64,000 nucleotides of DNA from Actinomycetota bacterium (GTDB taxonomy: Bacteria > Actinomycetota > CALGFH01). The position numbers were made by a program, and so were the translations under genes. The notes under the pieces were generated by a model, which saw only the letters and a program-made list of their open reading frames with translations, was not told the DNA's origin and searched no databases. This document shows, piece by piece, positions 54,312 to 64,000 of the stretch. Positions within the stretch are counted from its first letter, which is position 1, and each line of letters starts with the position of its first letter. The stretch covers positions 2,354 to 66,353 of the forward strand of contig DATLQA010000154.1 of assembly GCA_035535495.1 (NCBI GenBank). Reading direction: 5' to 3'.

Positions 54312-56723
54312 ATGCCCGACCAGCCGACCACCGTGAAGGTCACCATCGACGGCCGTGAGCTCGACGTGGCGCCCGGCACCCTGGTCATCCGCGCCGCCGA
54401 GCAGATCGGGATCGTGATCCCCCGGTTCTGCGACCACCGGCTGCTGGCGCCGCTCGGCGCCTGCCGGCAGTGCCTGGTCGAGATCGAGGGTCAGCGCAAG
54501 CCGCTCACCGCCTGCACCACCACGGTGACCAACGGGATGGTGGTCAAGACCCAGGAGACCTCGCAGGTCGCCAGGGCCGGGCAGGAAGGCACGCTGGAGT
54601 TCCTGCTGATCAACCACCCGCTCGACTGCCCCATGTGCGACAAGGGCGGGGAGTGCCCGCTGCAGGACCAGACGCTCGCCCACGGGCCGGGCGAGACCCG
54701 CTTCGTCGAGACCAAGCGGCGCTTCGCCAAGCCCATCAAGATCTCGGAGACGGTGCTGCTCGACCGGGAGCGCTGCGTGCTCTGCGCCCGCTGCACCCGC
54801 TTCTCGGCCGAGGTCGCCGGCGACCCGTTCATCGAGTTGTTCGAGCGCGGCGCGCTGGAGCAGGTCGGCATCTACGGCGACGAGCCCTATCGCAGCAACT
54901 TCTCGGGCAACGTGGTCCAGATCTGCCCGGTGGGCGCGCTCACCTCCCCGTCCTACCGCTTCCAGGCCCGCCCCTTCGACCTGTCCTCGACCGACGGCGT
55001 CTGCAACCACTGCGCGTCCGGTTGCAACCTCCGCATCGACGCCCGCCGCGGCCTGGTCACGCGGCAGCTCGCCCGCGACAACGACGAGGTCAACCAGGCC
55101 TGGAACTGCGACCGTGGCCGCTACGGCTTCGCCTATGCCCAGAGCCCGAAGCGGGTGCTGATCCCGCACGTGGCCGAGGGCGGCAAGCTGCGCACCGCCT
55201 CCTGGTCGGAGGCGCTGCGGCGGGCCGCGGACGCGATCAGGGCCAGCCGAGGCCAGGGTGTCGGCATCCTGGTCGGCGGGCACCTGACCGACCAGGACGC
55301 CTACGCCATGCAGAAGCTCGCCAGGGTCACCTTCGGCACCAACAACGTCGACGCCAGGACCTGGCCGGGGAGCGAGGCCGAGACCGCCGTCGCCGGCTCG
55401 CTGGCCGGTGCCGCCGGCCCCACCTACGCCGACCTGGACGCGGCGGCGGCCGTGGTGGTGGTCGACCTCGACCCGCACGAGGAGTCGCCCATCCTGCACC
55501 TGCGGCTGCGCGCCGCCGCCCTCCGCAAGGGCGTGCCGGTGGTCACGGTCGGCCCGCGGGCCGGCCGCCTGGCCGAGTTCGCCGCCGTGGCCGCCGCCGC
55601 GCCCGGCGGCGAGGCGGCGGTGCTCGCCGACATCGGCAAGGGCAAGGGTGACGCCGGTCGGCTGCTGGCCGACGCCCGCAAGCGCGAGGGCCGCGGCCCG
55701 GTGGTCGTCCTCGCCGGATGGAGGGCCGCCGCCGCCGGCGCCCTCCCGGCGGCGGCCCGGCTGGCCGGTTCGCTCGGCGGCCGCCTCGCCTGGGTGCCGC
55801 GGCGGGCGGGGGACCGCGGCGCGCTCGACGCCGGGGCCAGGCCGGACCTGCTCCCCGGCGGCCGTGCCGTGCCCGACGCCGACGCCCGCCGCGAGCTGGG
55901 CGAGGCGTGGGGTGCCGAGCTGCCCGCCGAGCCGGGGCTGGACGCTCCCGCCATGCTCAGGGCGGCGGCAGAGGGCCAGCTCGCCGTGCTGATCCTTGCC
56001 GGCGTCGACCTGGTGCGCGACCACGGTCCGAGGGAGCTGGCCGAGCAGGCCATGGCCAAGTCGTTCGTGATCGCCATCGACCACGAGCTGAACGAGACCA
56101 CCGCCAACGCCGAGGTGCTCCTGCCAGGGGTCGTCCACGCCGAGACCGACGGCACCTTCACCGACTGGGAGGGGCGGGTCCAGGCGCAGCACCCGGCCGT
56201 GCCCGTCGGCGGCAGCGCGCAGACCGTCTGGGAGCTGGCCGACCAGCTCTCCCTGCGGCTCAAGGTCGATCTCGGCCTCGGCAACCTCGCGGCGGTCACC
56301 GCCGAGACGGCGCAGTGGCGGGCCCGGTCCCGCGAGGCCGCGGTCCCGGCCGAGGTGGCCGACCCCGACCCGGTCGAGCCGACCGGGCCATCCGACGGCC
56401 TCGCCCTGGTGACCTACCCGCTGCTGCTCGACGCCGCCTCCATGCTGGCCAGGGCCGCCGACCTGAACCGCTCCACCGAAGGCGCCTTCTGCGAGCTCCA
56501 CCCGGACGACGCCGACCGCCTCGGACTGGCGGCCGGAGGCCGGGCCGTGCTCGACTTCGGCGACGGCGTCACCGCCGAGCTGCCGGTGCGCGTCTCGGCC
56601 GGGATCGCGCCCGGCTGCGTGTTCGTGCCGGCCAACCAGCCCGACCTCGCCCTCGGTGCGCTGCTCGGCCCGTCCGTGGCCCGCCGGGTCGCCCTGCGGG
56701 CCGCCGAGGAGGTGGCCGCGTGA
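54312..56723 (+). CDS. nuoG: NADH-quinone oxidoreductase subunit G
   Basis: N-terminal 2Fe-2S '[15 protein letters not shown]', 4Fe-4S '[10 protein letters not shown]' and '[10 protein letters not shown]', and a molybdopterin-oxidoreductase-like C-terminus. 803 aa. Confidence 0.9.
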   Translation: MPDQPTTVKVTIDGRELDVAPGTLVIRAAEQIGIVIPRFCDHRLLAPLGACRQCLVEIEGQRKPLTACTTTVTNGMVVKTQETSQVARAGQEGTLEFLLINHPLDCPMCDKGGECPLQDQTLAHGPGETRFVETKRRFAKPIKISETVLLDRERCVLCARCTRFSAEVAGDPFIELFERGALEQVGIYGDEPYRSNFSGNVVQICPVGALTSPSYRFQARPFDLSSTDGVCNHCASGCNLRIDARRGLVTRQLARDNDEVNQAWNCDRGRYGFAYAQSPKRVLIPHVAEGGKLRTASWSEALRRAADAIRASRGQGVGILVGGHLTDQDAYAMQKLARVTFGTNNVDARTWPGSEAETAVAGSLAGAAGPTYADLDAAAAVVVVDLDPHEESPILHLRLRAAALRKGVPVVTVGPRAGRLAEFAAVAAAAPGGEAAVLADIGKGKGDAGRLLADARKREGRGPVVVLAGWRAAAAGALPAAARLAGSLGGRLAWVPRRAGDRGALDAGARPDLLPGGRAVPDADARRELGEAWGAELPAEPGLDAPAMLRAAAEGQLAVLILAGVDLVRDHGPRELAEQAMAKSFVIAIDHELNETTANAEVLLPGVVHAETDGTFTDWEGRVQAQHPAVPVGGSAQTVWELADQLSLRLKVDLGLGNLAAVTAETAQWRARSREAAVPAEVADPDPVEPTGPSDGLALVTYPLLLDAASMLARAADLNRSTEGAFCELHPDDADRLGLAAGGRAVLDFGDGVTAELPVRVSAGIAPGCVFVPANQPDLALGALLGPSVARRVALRAAEEVAA

Positions 56724-57889
56724 TCTGGGACCTGTTCATCGTCGTGGTCAAGGTCGTCGCCGTGTTCGCCTTCCTGATGATCTCGGTGATGTTCACGGTC
56801 TGGCTGGAGCGCCGCATCGTGGCGTTCATGCAGACCCGGGTCGGCCCCAACCGGGTCGGCCCCTTCGGCGTCCTGCAGACCCTGGCCGACGGCATCAAGC
56901 TGTTCTTCAAGGAGGATATCCGGCCCACCAGCGCCGACCGACTCCTCTACGGGCTCGCCCCGGTGATGATGATGGTGCCGGCCTTCCTGTCGGTCTCGGT
57001 GCTGCCGTTCGGGTCCAACTTCGGCACCGAGCACGCCCAGCTCACCGACCTCAACGTCGGCATCCTGTTCGTGCTGGCCATGTCGAGCCTGCAGGTCTAC
57101 GGCATCGTGCTGGCCGGCTGGTCGTCAGGGTCCAATTACCCGCTGCTCGGCGCGGTGCGCTCGAGCGCGCAGATGATCAGCTACGAGATCGCCCAGGGCC
57201 TGTCGATCGTCGGGGTGCTGATGTACGCGGGGACGCTGTCGGCCACCGGCATCGTCGCGGCCCAGCACGGCGACCCGATCCTCGGCTTCATTCCGCGCTG
57301 GTACATCGTCCCCCAGCTGCCGATGTTCGTGGTGTTCCTGCTGGCCGGCATCGCCGAGACCAACCGGGCGCCGTTCGACCTGCCCGAGGCCGAGTCCGAG
57401 CTGGTCGGCGGGTATCACACCGAGTACTCGGGGGTGAAGTTCGCCCTCTTCTTCCTGGCCGAGTACCTCAACATCATCACCGTCTCGGCGGTCGCGACCA
57501 CCCTGTTCCTCGGCGGCCCCGACGGGCCGGTGCTGCACGGCTTCCTGCCGTGGCTCTGGCCCATCCTCTGGTTCGTGCTCAAGATCTACCTGTTCATCTT
57601 CCTGTTCATCTGGTTGCGCGCCACCCTGCCGCGGATGCGCTTCGACAAGCTGATGGCGATCGGCTGGAAGTACCTCATCCCGGTCGCGCTCGTCTGGGTC
57701 ATGGTCACCGGCGTGGTGCTCACCGTCGACCTCGGCGCCGTCAACCGCCGGGTGCTCTACATCGGCATCGGCGTGGTCGCGGTGCTGCTGCTCCTGTCGC
57801 TGTTCATCCCTGCCACGTCGGACTCCAAGACCAAGCCGTCCAAGCCCACCGGCCCGGACCGGACCGCCACGGGAGGGTCGCCCTCATGA
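56720..57889 (+). CDS. nuoH: NADH-quinone oxidoreductase subunit H
   Basis: '[37 protein letters not shown]'. 8 TM. GTGA overlap with nuoG. Confidence 0.9.
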   Translation: MIWDLFIVVVKVVAVFAFLMISVMFTVWLERRIVAFMQTRVGPNRVGPFGVLQTLADGIKLFFKEDIRPTSADRLLYGLAPVMMMVPAFLSVSVLPFGSNFGTEHAQLTDLNVGILFVLAMSSLQVYGIVLAGWSSGSNYPLLGAVRSSAQMISYEIAQGLSIVGVLMYAGTLSATGIVAAQHGDPILGFIPRWYIVPQLPMFVVFLLAGIAETNRAPFDLPEAESELVGGYHTEYSGVKFALFFLAEYLNIITVSAVATTLFLGGPDGPVLHGFLPWLWPILWFVLKIYLFIFLFIWLRATLPRMRFDKLMAIGWKYLIPVALVWVMVTGVVLTVDLGAVNRRVLYIGIGVVAVLLLLSLFIPATSDSKTKPSKPTGPDRTATGGSPS

Positions 57890-58488
57890 TGCCCGGCGAG
57901 ATACTCAAAGGCCTCTCGGTGACCTTCCGGAGCATGTTCCGGAAGCGCAACACCGTGCAGTACCCGGAGGAGAAGCGCCCGGTCGCGGCCCGCTTCCACG
58001 GCCGCCACCTGCTCAACCGCTACGACGACGGGCTGGAGCGGTGCATCGGCTGCGAGCTGTGCGCCTACGCCTGCCCGGCCGACGCCATCTACGTCCAGGG
58101 GGCCGACAACACTCCGGAGGCGCGCTACTCCGTCGGCGAGCGCTACGCCGCCATCTACCAGATCAACTACAACCGCTGCATCTTCTGCGGGCTCTGCATC
58201 GAAGCCTGCCCGACCCGCGCCCTCACCATGACCAACGAGTACGAGATGTCGGCCGACACCAGGCAGGAGCTTGTCTACGACAAGCCGCAGCTGCTCGCCC
58301 CGGTGCCGGCCGGCGCCAAGCCGCCGCCCCACGACGACGCGGTCGATACCCCGCCGGCGATCGCCCGCTACGGTCCGCAGGCGTCGGTCTCCCAGGAGTC
58401 GACCGAGCCGGTGTGGGCCCTGCTCCGCGCCGCCGAGACCCGCCAGGCCGACCGCGACCTGCCCGCCGACGAGGTCACGCCGAAGTGA
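57886..58488 (+). CDS. nuoI: NADH-quinone oxidoreductase subunit I (with a C-terminal extension of ~55 aa)
   Basis: Two 4Fe-4S motifs, '[12 protein letters not shown]' and '[12 protein letters not shown]'. ATGA overlap with nuoH. Confidence 0.9.
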   Translation: MMPGEILKGLSVTFRSMFRKRNTVQYPEEKRPVAARFHGRHLLNRYDDGLERCIGCELCAYACPADAIYVQGADNTPEARYSVGERYAAIYQINYNRCIFCGLCIEACPTRALTMTNEYEMSADTRQELVYDKPQLLAPVPAGAKPPPHDDAVDTPPAIARYGPQASVSQESTEPVWALLRAAETRQADRDLPADEVTPK

Positions 58489-59021
58489 CCATCCTGGCCG
58501 TCACCGCGACCGAGCGGGCCGAGTTCCTCACCTTCGTGCCGCTGGCGGTGCTCAGCGTGGCCGCGGCCGTCGGCATGGTGCTGAACCGCAACGCCGTCTA
58601 CTCGGCGCTGCTGCTGGTGGTCAACTTCTTCTGCCTCGCCGGCTTCTACGTGCTGCTGGAGGCCCAGTTCATCGCCGTGGTCCAGGTGATCGTCTACGCG
58701 GGCGCGATCATGGTGCTGTTCCTGTTCGTGCTCATGCTGCTCGGCGTGGGCAGCGAGGACGTGCTGAAGGAGACCATCCGCGGCCAGCGGGCCACCGCGG
58801 CCGTGCTCGGCCTGCTGCTGCTCGGCGCGGTCGTCTTCGCGCTGGCGGGCGGCGGGTTCGGTGGCGGCGCCGGCAGCCTCGCCGCCGCCAACCAGGGCGG
58901 CAACGTCCAGGCCATCGGGCGGCTGCTGTTCACCCGCTACGTGTTCGCCTTCGAGGCGGTCGGCATGCTGCTGGTGGTGGCCGCCGTCGGGGCCCTGGTG
59001 CTGGGGAAGCGGCGCGCATGA
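58485..59021 (+). CDS. nuoJ: NADH-quinone oxidoreductase subunit J
   Basis: 5 TM, '[49 protein letters not shown]'. GTGA overlap with nuoI. Confidence 0.85.
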   Translation: MTILAVTATERAEFLTFVPLAVLSVAAAVGMVLNRNAVYSALLLVVNFFCLAGFYVLLEAQFIAVVQVIVYAGAIMVLFLFVLMLLGVGSEDVLKETIRGQRATAAVLGLLLLGAVVFALAGGGFGGGAGSLAAANQGGNVQAIGRLLFTRYVFAFEAVGMLLVVAAVGALVLGKRRA

Positions 59022-59323
59022 AGGTCGGGACCAACGCCTACCTGCTGCTGTCGGCGCTGCTGTTCACCATCGGCGTGGTCGGGGTGCTGATCCGGCGCAA
59101 CGCCATCGTGGTGTTCATGTGCATCGAGCTGATGCTGAACTCGGTCAACCTGTCGTTCATCGCCTTCGCCCGCTCCGCCGGCAGCCTCGACGGGCAGATC
59201 CTGGCGTTCTTCGTGATGGTGGTGGCGGCGGCCGAGGTGGTGGTCGGCCTCGGCATCCTGGTGGCAATCTTCCGCAAGCGCTCGTCGACCAGCGTCGACG
59301 ACGTCAACCTCCTCAAGGGGTGA
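59018..59323 (+). CDS. nuoK: NADH-quinone oxidoreductase subunit K
   Basis: 101 aa, '[18 protein letters not shown]'. ATGA overlap with nuoJ. Confidence 0.9.
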   Translation: MKVGTNAYLLLSALLFTIGVVGVLIRRNAIVVFMCIELMLNSVNLSFIAFARSAGSLDGQILAFFVMVVAAAEVVVGLGILVAIFRKRSSTSVDDVNLLKG

Positions 59324-59330
59324 CGGTGCC

Positions 59331-61373
59331 CTGAACCCCCAAGGTGCGCTCCGCCTGGTCCCGCTCCTGCCGCTCCTGCCGGCGGCCGGCTTCGCCGTCA
59401 ACATCCTGGTCGGGCGGCGGCTCGGCAGGACCGCCGGGTGGCTGGCCACCACCCTGGTGGCCGCCGCGTTCGTGCTGGCGGTGGCGGCGTTCTTCGAGCT
59501 GCTCGGCCACGCCGCCGCCGAGCGCACGGCGGTGCTGCGCGGCTACCAGTGGATCGCCGCCGGCGACCTCCGGGTCGCCTTCGACCTCCGCTTCGACCAG
59601 CTCTCGGCGGTCATGGCGCTGGTGGTCACCGGGGTGTCGTCCCTCATCCACCTCTACTCGATCGGCTACATGGCCGGCGACCAGCGGGCCCCGACCTTCT
59701 TCGCCTACCTGAACCTGTTCGTGGCGGCCATGCTCGTCCTGGTGCTGGCGCAGAACTTCCTGGTGCTGTTCCTCGGCTGGGAGGGCGTCGGCGTCTGCTC
59801 CTACCTGCTGATCGGGTTCTGGTTCAACCGGCGCCTGCCGGTGGTGCAGCCGGGCGGGCGGCTCGACCCCGACGTTCCCGACGAGACCCAGGAGGTGTGG
59901 GCGCCGCCAGCGGCCAAGAAGGCCTTCCTCGCCAACCGCGTCGGCGACGTCGGCTTCCTGCTCGCCATGTTCCTGATCTTCCAGCAGCTCGGCAGCCTCG
60001 ACTTCGACGACGTGCTCGGCCGCGCGCAGCGCGCCGTCTCCGTGGCCGACGGGGTCGCCCACCTCGGCTCGGTCACCATCCCCGGCCTCAGCGCCGCCGC
60101 CGCCACCGCCGTGGCCCTGCTCCTGTTCCTCGCCTGCGCCGGCAAGAGCGCCCAGATCCCCCTCTACGTCTGGCTACCCGACGCGATGGCCGGCCCGACC
60201 CCGGTGTCCGCCCTGATCCACGCGGCCACCATGGTCACCGCCGGCGTCTACCTGGTCGCCCGCACCCACGTGCTGTTCGAGGCGTCGGCGACCGCCGCGG
60301 CCGTGGTGGTGGTCGTCGGCGCGCTCACCGCCCTGCTGGCCGCGCTGATCGCCATCGGCCAGGACGACCTGAAGAAGATCCTCGCCTACTCCACCGTGTC
60401 GCAGCTCGGCTACATGTTCATCGCCGTCGGCCTGGGACCGATCGGCTACGCCGCCGGCCTGTTCCACCTGGTCACCCACGCCTTCTTCAAGGCGCAGCTG
60501 TTCCTCGGCGCCGGCTCGGTGATGCACGCCAACGACGAAGACACCGACATCAAGCACTTCGGCGGGCTCCGCAAGCTGATGCCGCTCACCTGGTGGACCA
60601 CGGTGGCGGCCTGGCTGGCGATCATCGGCTTCCCGCTCACCGCCGGCTTCTACTCCAAGGACCAGGTGCTGGCGGCGGCGTTCGAGCACGGCGAGGCCAT
60701 CGCCCGCTTCGCCTGGGTGGTCGGGCTGCTCACCGCCGGGCTCACCGCCTTCTACATGTCGCGGCTGGTGTTCCTCACCTTCCTCGGCGAGCCGCGCTGG
60801 CCGGAAGGCCGCCACCCGCACGAGTCCCCGCCGATCATGACCGTCCCGCTGCTGGTGCTCGGCGCGCTCGCGCTGGTGGCCGGCGTGCTGCTCACCGGCG
60901 GCAGCCTGGTGGACGGCCCCTTCGCCCGCTTCCTCGAACCGGTCCTCGTCGGCGAGCTGCCCGCCCCGCTGGAAGCGGAGGCCACCGGCCAGGCGCTGCT
61001 GCTGTCGGTGCTGGCCACCCTGGTCGCCGGCGTCGGCCTGGCGGTCGCCTGGTGGGTCTACCTGTCGGGCCGGGTCGACTGGCTCGCGCTGCGGCGGCGG
61101 GTGGCCGGCGCCTGGCTGGCACTGGCCAACCGGCTCTACGTGGACGAGGCCTACGAGCTGGTCACCGTCCGCGGAGGCCGGGCACTGGCGGCACTGGCAG
61201 ACCTGTTCGACCGCCGCGTCATCGACGGCGCCGTCGACGGGCTCGCCACCGCGGTGGCGGTCACCGCCACCAGGGGCCGGCGCCTCCAGACCGGCCTGGT
61301 CCGAACCTACGCGGTCGGCGTCCTCGGAGGCGCCGTGCTGATCGTCGCCGTCCTCGTCATCCGCGCCGTCTAG
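59331..61373 (+). CDS. nuoL: NADH-quinone oxidoreductase subunit L. Start uncertain: there is no canonical start codon near the expected N-terminus.
   Basis: The frame is open from just after the nuoK stop. 'LVPLLPLLPAAGFAVNILVGRRLGRTAGW…' matches the NuoL N-terminus. The first in-frame ATG (59457) or GTG would delete the first TM helix. CTG 59331 is the only near-cognate codon. Antiporter-like motifs 'WLPDAMAGPTPVSALIHAATMVTAGVYL'. Confidence 0.8.
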   Translation: MNPQGALRLVPLLPLLPAAGFAVNILVGRRLGRTAGWLATTLVAAAFVLAVAAFFELLGHAAAERTAVLRGYQWIAAGDLRVAFDLRFDQLSAVMALVVTGVSSLIHLYSIGYMAGDQRAPTFFAYLNLFVAAMLVLVLAQNFLVLFLGWEGVGVCSYLLIGFWFNRRLPVVQPGGRLDPDVPDETQEVWAPPAAKKAFLANRVGDVGFLLAMFLIFQQLGSLDFDDVLGRAQRAVSVADGVAHLGSVTIPGLSAAAATAVALLLFLACAGKSAQIPLYVWLPDAMAGPTPVSALIHAATMVTAGVYLVARTHVLFEASATAAAVVVVVGALTALLAALIAIGQDDLKKILAYSTVSQLGYMFIAVGLGPIGYAAGLFHLVTHAFFKAQLFLGAGSVMHANDEDTDIKHFGGLRKLMPLTWWTTVAAWLAIIGFPLTAGFYSKDQVLAAAFEHGEAIARFAWVVGLLTAGLTAFYMSRLVFLTFLGEPRWPEGRHPHESPPIMTVPLLVLGALALVAGVLLTGGSLVDGPFARFLEPVLVGELPAPLEAEATGQALLLSVLATLVAGVGLAVAWWVYLSGRVDWLALRRRVAGAWLALANRLYVDEAYELVTVRGGRALAALADLFDRRVIDGAVDGLATAVAVTATRGRRLQTGLVRTYAVGVLGGAVLIVAVLVIRAV

Positions 61374-61384
61374 GAGCCCCGCCC

Positions 61385-62974
<1,590 letters not shown>

Positions 62975-63025
62975 CCGCCGCCGGGGCGCGGCGCTGGCCA
63001 AGCCCCGGACCCATTGGAGGAAGCC

Positions 63026-64000
63026 GTGCACGTCCTGGCCCAAGCCGCCGAGACGCCGCTGAACCTGCCGGAGATCGACTGGCGCGCGGTCGCGCCAGAG
63101 CTGGCGCTCGCCGCGACCGGCCTGGTCGCGCTGCTGGTGGTGGCGTGGTGGCCGAACGTCCGGCGCCGCCTGCTGGCCGGCCTCTGCCTCGCCGGCCTGG
63201 CCGCCTCGGCGTGGCTGACCTGGTGGAACTGGGATCTGGCACGGACGGCGTTCGAGGGCGCGGTGGCGCTGGACGGCATCACCCGCTACGCCCGCCTGGT
63301 GCTGCTCGCCGTCGGCGCGCTGGCGGTGCTGATGGCCGCTCACGACGGCGAACGCGACCCCGACGCGCCGGCCGAGCTGTTCCCCATGCTGCTGTTCGCC
63401 CTCACCGGCATGGCCCTGCTCGCCGCCGCGTCCGACCTGCTGGTGGTGTTCATCGCCCTGGAGCTGCTCTCGCTCAGCCTCTACGTCATGGTCGGGGCCA
63501 CCCGCCGCCTCCGCGCGGAGGAGTCGGCCATGAAGTACTTCCTGCTCGGGGCGTTCTCCTCGGCGTTCCTGCTGTACGGCATCGCGCTGTGCTTCGGCGC
63601 CACCCACACCACCAACCTGCTCGGCATCGCCAGGTCGGTGGGCGACCCGACGGTCTCCGAGGGGATGCTGCTCGCCGGGGTCGGTCTGCTCGCGGTCGGC
63701 TTCCTGTTCAAGGTGGCGGCGGTCCCGTTCCACATGTGGACCCCCGACGTCTACCAGGGCGCGCCCACCCCGGTGACCGCGTTCATGGCCGCCGGCACCA
63801 AGGCGGCCGGGTTCGCGGTGTTCGTGCGGGTGTTCGGCGGTGCCCTCGGCGGGCTGGTGGTGAGCTGGCGGCCGGTGATCGCCGCGGTCGCGGTGCTCAC
63901 CATGCTGCTCGGCGCGATCCTCGCCGTGGTCCAGCAGGACCTCAAGCGGATGCTCGCCTACTCGTCGATCGCCCACGCCGGCTACCTGCTGATCGGCCTG
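63026..64000 (+). CDS. nuoN: NADH-quinone oxidoreductase subunit N (3' end lies beyond the window)
   Basis: GTG with a GGAGGA Shine-Dalgarno. 'FHMWTPDVYQGAPTPVTAFMAAGTKAAGF' and 'LKRMLAYSSIAHAGYLL' antiporter-like motifs. The frame is open to the window end. Confidence 0.85.
   Translation, partial: MHVLAQAAETPLNLPEIDWRAVAPELALAATGLVALLVVAWWPNVRRRLLAGLCLAGLAASAWLTWWNWDLARTAFEGAVALDGITRYARLVLLAVGALAVLMAAHDGERDPDAPAELFPMLLFALTGMALLAAASDLLVVFIALELLSLSLYVMVGATRRLRAEESAMKYFLLGAFSSAFLLYGIALCFGATHTTNLLGIARSVGDPTVSEGMLLAGVGLLAVGFLFKVAAVPFHMWTPDVYQGAPTPVTAFMAAGTKAAGFAVFVRVFGGALGGLVVSWRPVIAAVAVLTMLLGAILAVVQQDLKRMLAYSSIAHAGYLLIGL

Noticed and set aside
50559-56501. Minus-strand ORFs (50559..51878, 52448..54388, 54195..56501, 55424..56299) opposite nuoD through nuoG
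   Set aside because: Antisense to highly conserved complex I genes. No motifs.
59438-61384. N-terminal 649 codons of the 1178-aa plus ORF 59438..62974 read as a single giant protein
   Set aside because: It is a frame-artefact fusion. The upstream part is out of frame with nuoL (which is in the 59331..61373 frame), and the real NuoM starts at GTG 61385 with an AGGAG Shine-Dalgarno.

Overview
This is a very GC-rich (about 73%) chromosomal window with dense coding on both strands and overlapping start/stop codons (ATGA or GTGA) in many operons. I found no rRNA, tRNA or CRISPR.

Gene content and order look like a deep-branching actinobacterial chromosome. Reading left to right:
- a SAM hydroxide adenosyltransferase (DUF62) / epimerase / PlsC-like acyltransferase trio;
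- an ECF-sigma-like membrane protein on the minus strand;
- a membrane protein, a glutaredoxin-like protein, then rex, a SirC-like gene, hemA, hemC, a cobA/hemD fusion, hemB, an esterase and hemL. This is the same arrangement as M. tuberculosis Rv0508–Rv0512;
- a minus-strand operon encoding a polytopic membrane protein, a single-TM protein and a secreted lytic-transglycosylase + M15-peptidase;
- an IS1595-family transposase;
- lepB (signal peptidase I) with an N-terminal extension of about 440 aa made of Pro/Trp repeats;
- a putrescine/GABA utilisation island: gabT, a saccharopine-dehydrogenase-like gene, a divergent PucR regulator, potADBC and an aldehyde dehydrogenase;
- a TetR regulator with an acyl-CoA dehydrogenase;
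- a 7-gene minus-strand operon for a cytochrome b6/subunit-IV (split cytochrome b) Rieske complex that also encodes a 2[4Fe-4S] ferredoxin and two extra membrane proteins. It is divergent from the System II cytochrome c biogenesis genes resA–ccdA–resB–resC;
- an Lrp/AsnC regulator;
- menG (ubiE) and a menJ-like geranylgeranyl reductase;
- the complex I operon nuoA through nuoN, with nuoN truncated by the window end.

The most interesting items are:
- the non-actinobacterial-type b6-like Rieske/cytochrome b operon with an embedded ferredoxin;
- the lepB N-terminal extension;
- the ECF-sigma fusion with a coupled 29-codon upstream ORF;
- an in-frame insertion in hemC;
- candidate Rex operators upstream of rex and of the menJ-like gene;
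- a tandem direct repeat plus hairpin downstream of resC;
- a small Arg-rich ORF with a strong ribosome-binding site.

Every function is inferred from the protein translations and remembered family motifs. No database search was possible.
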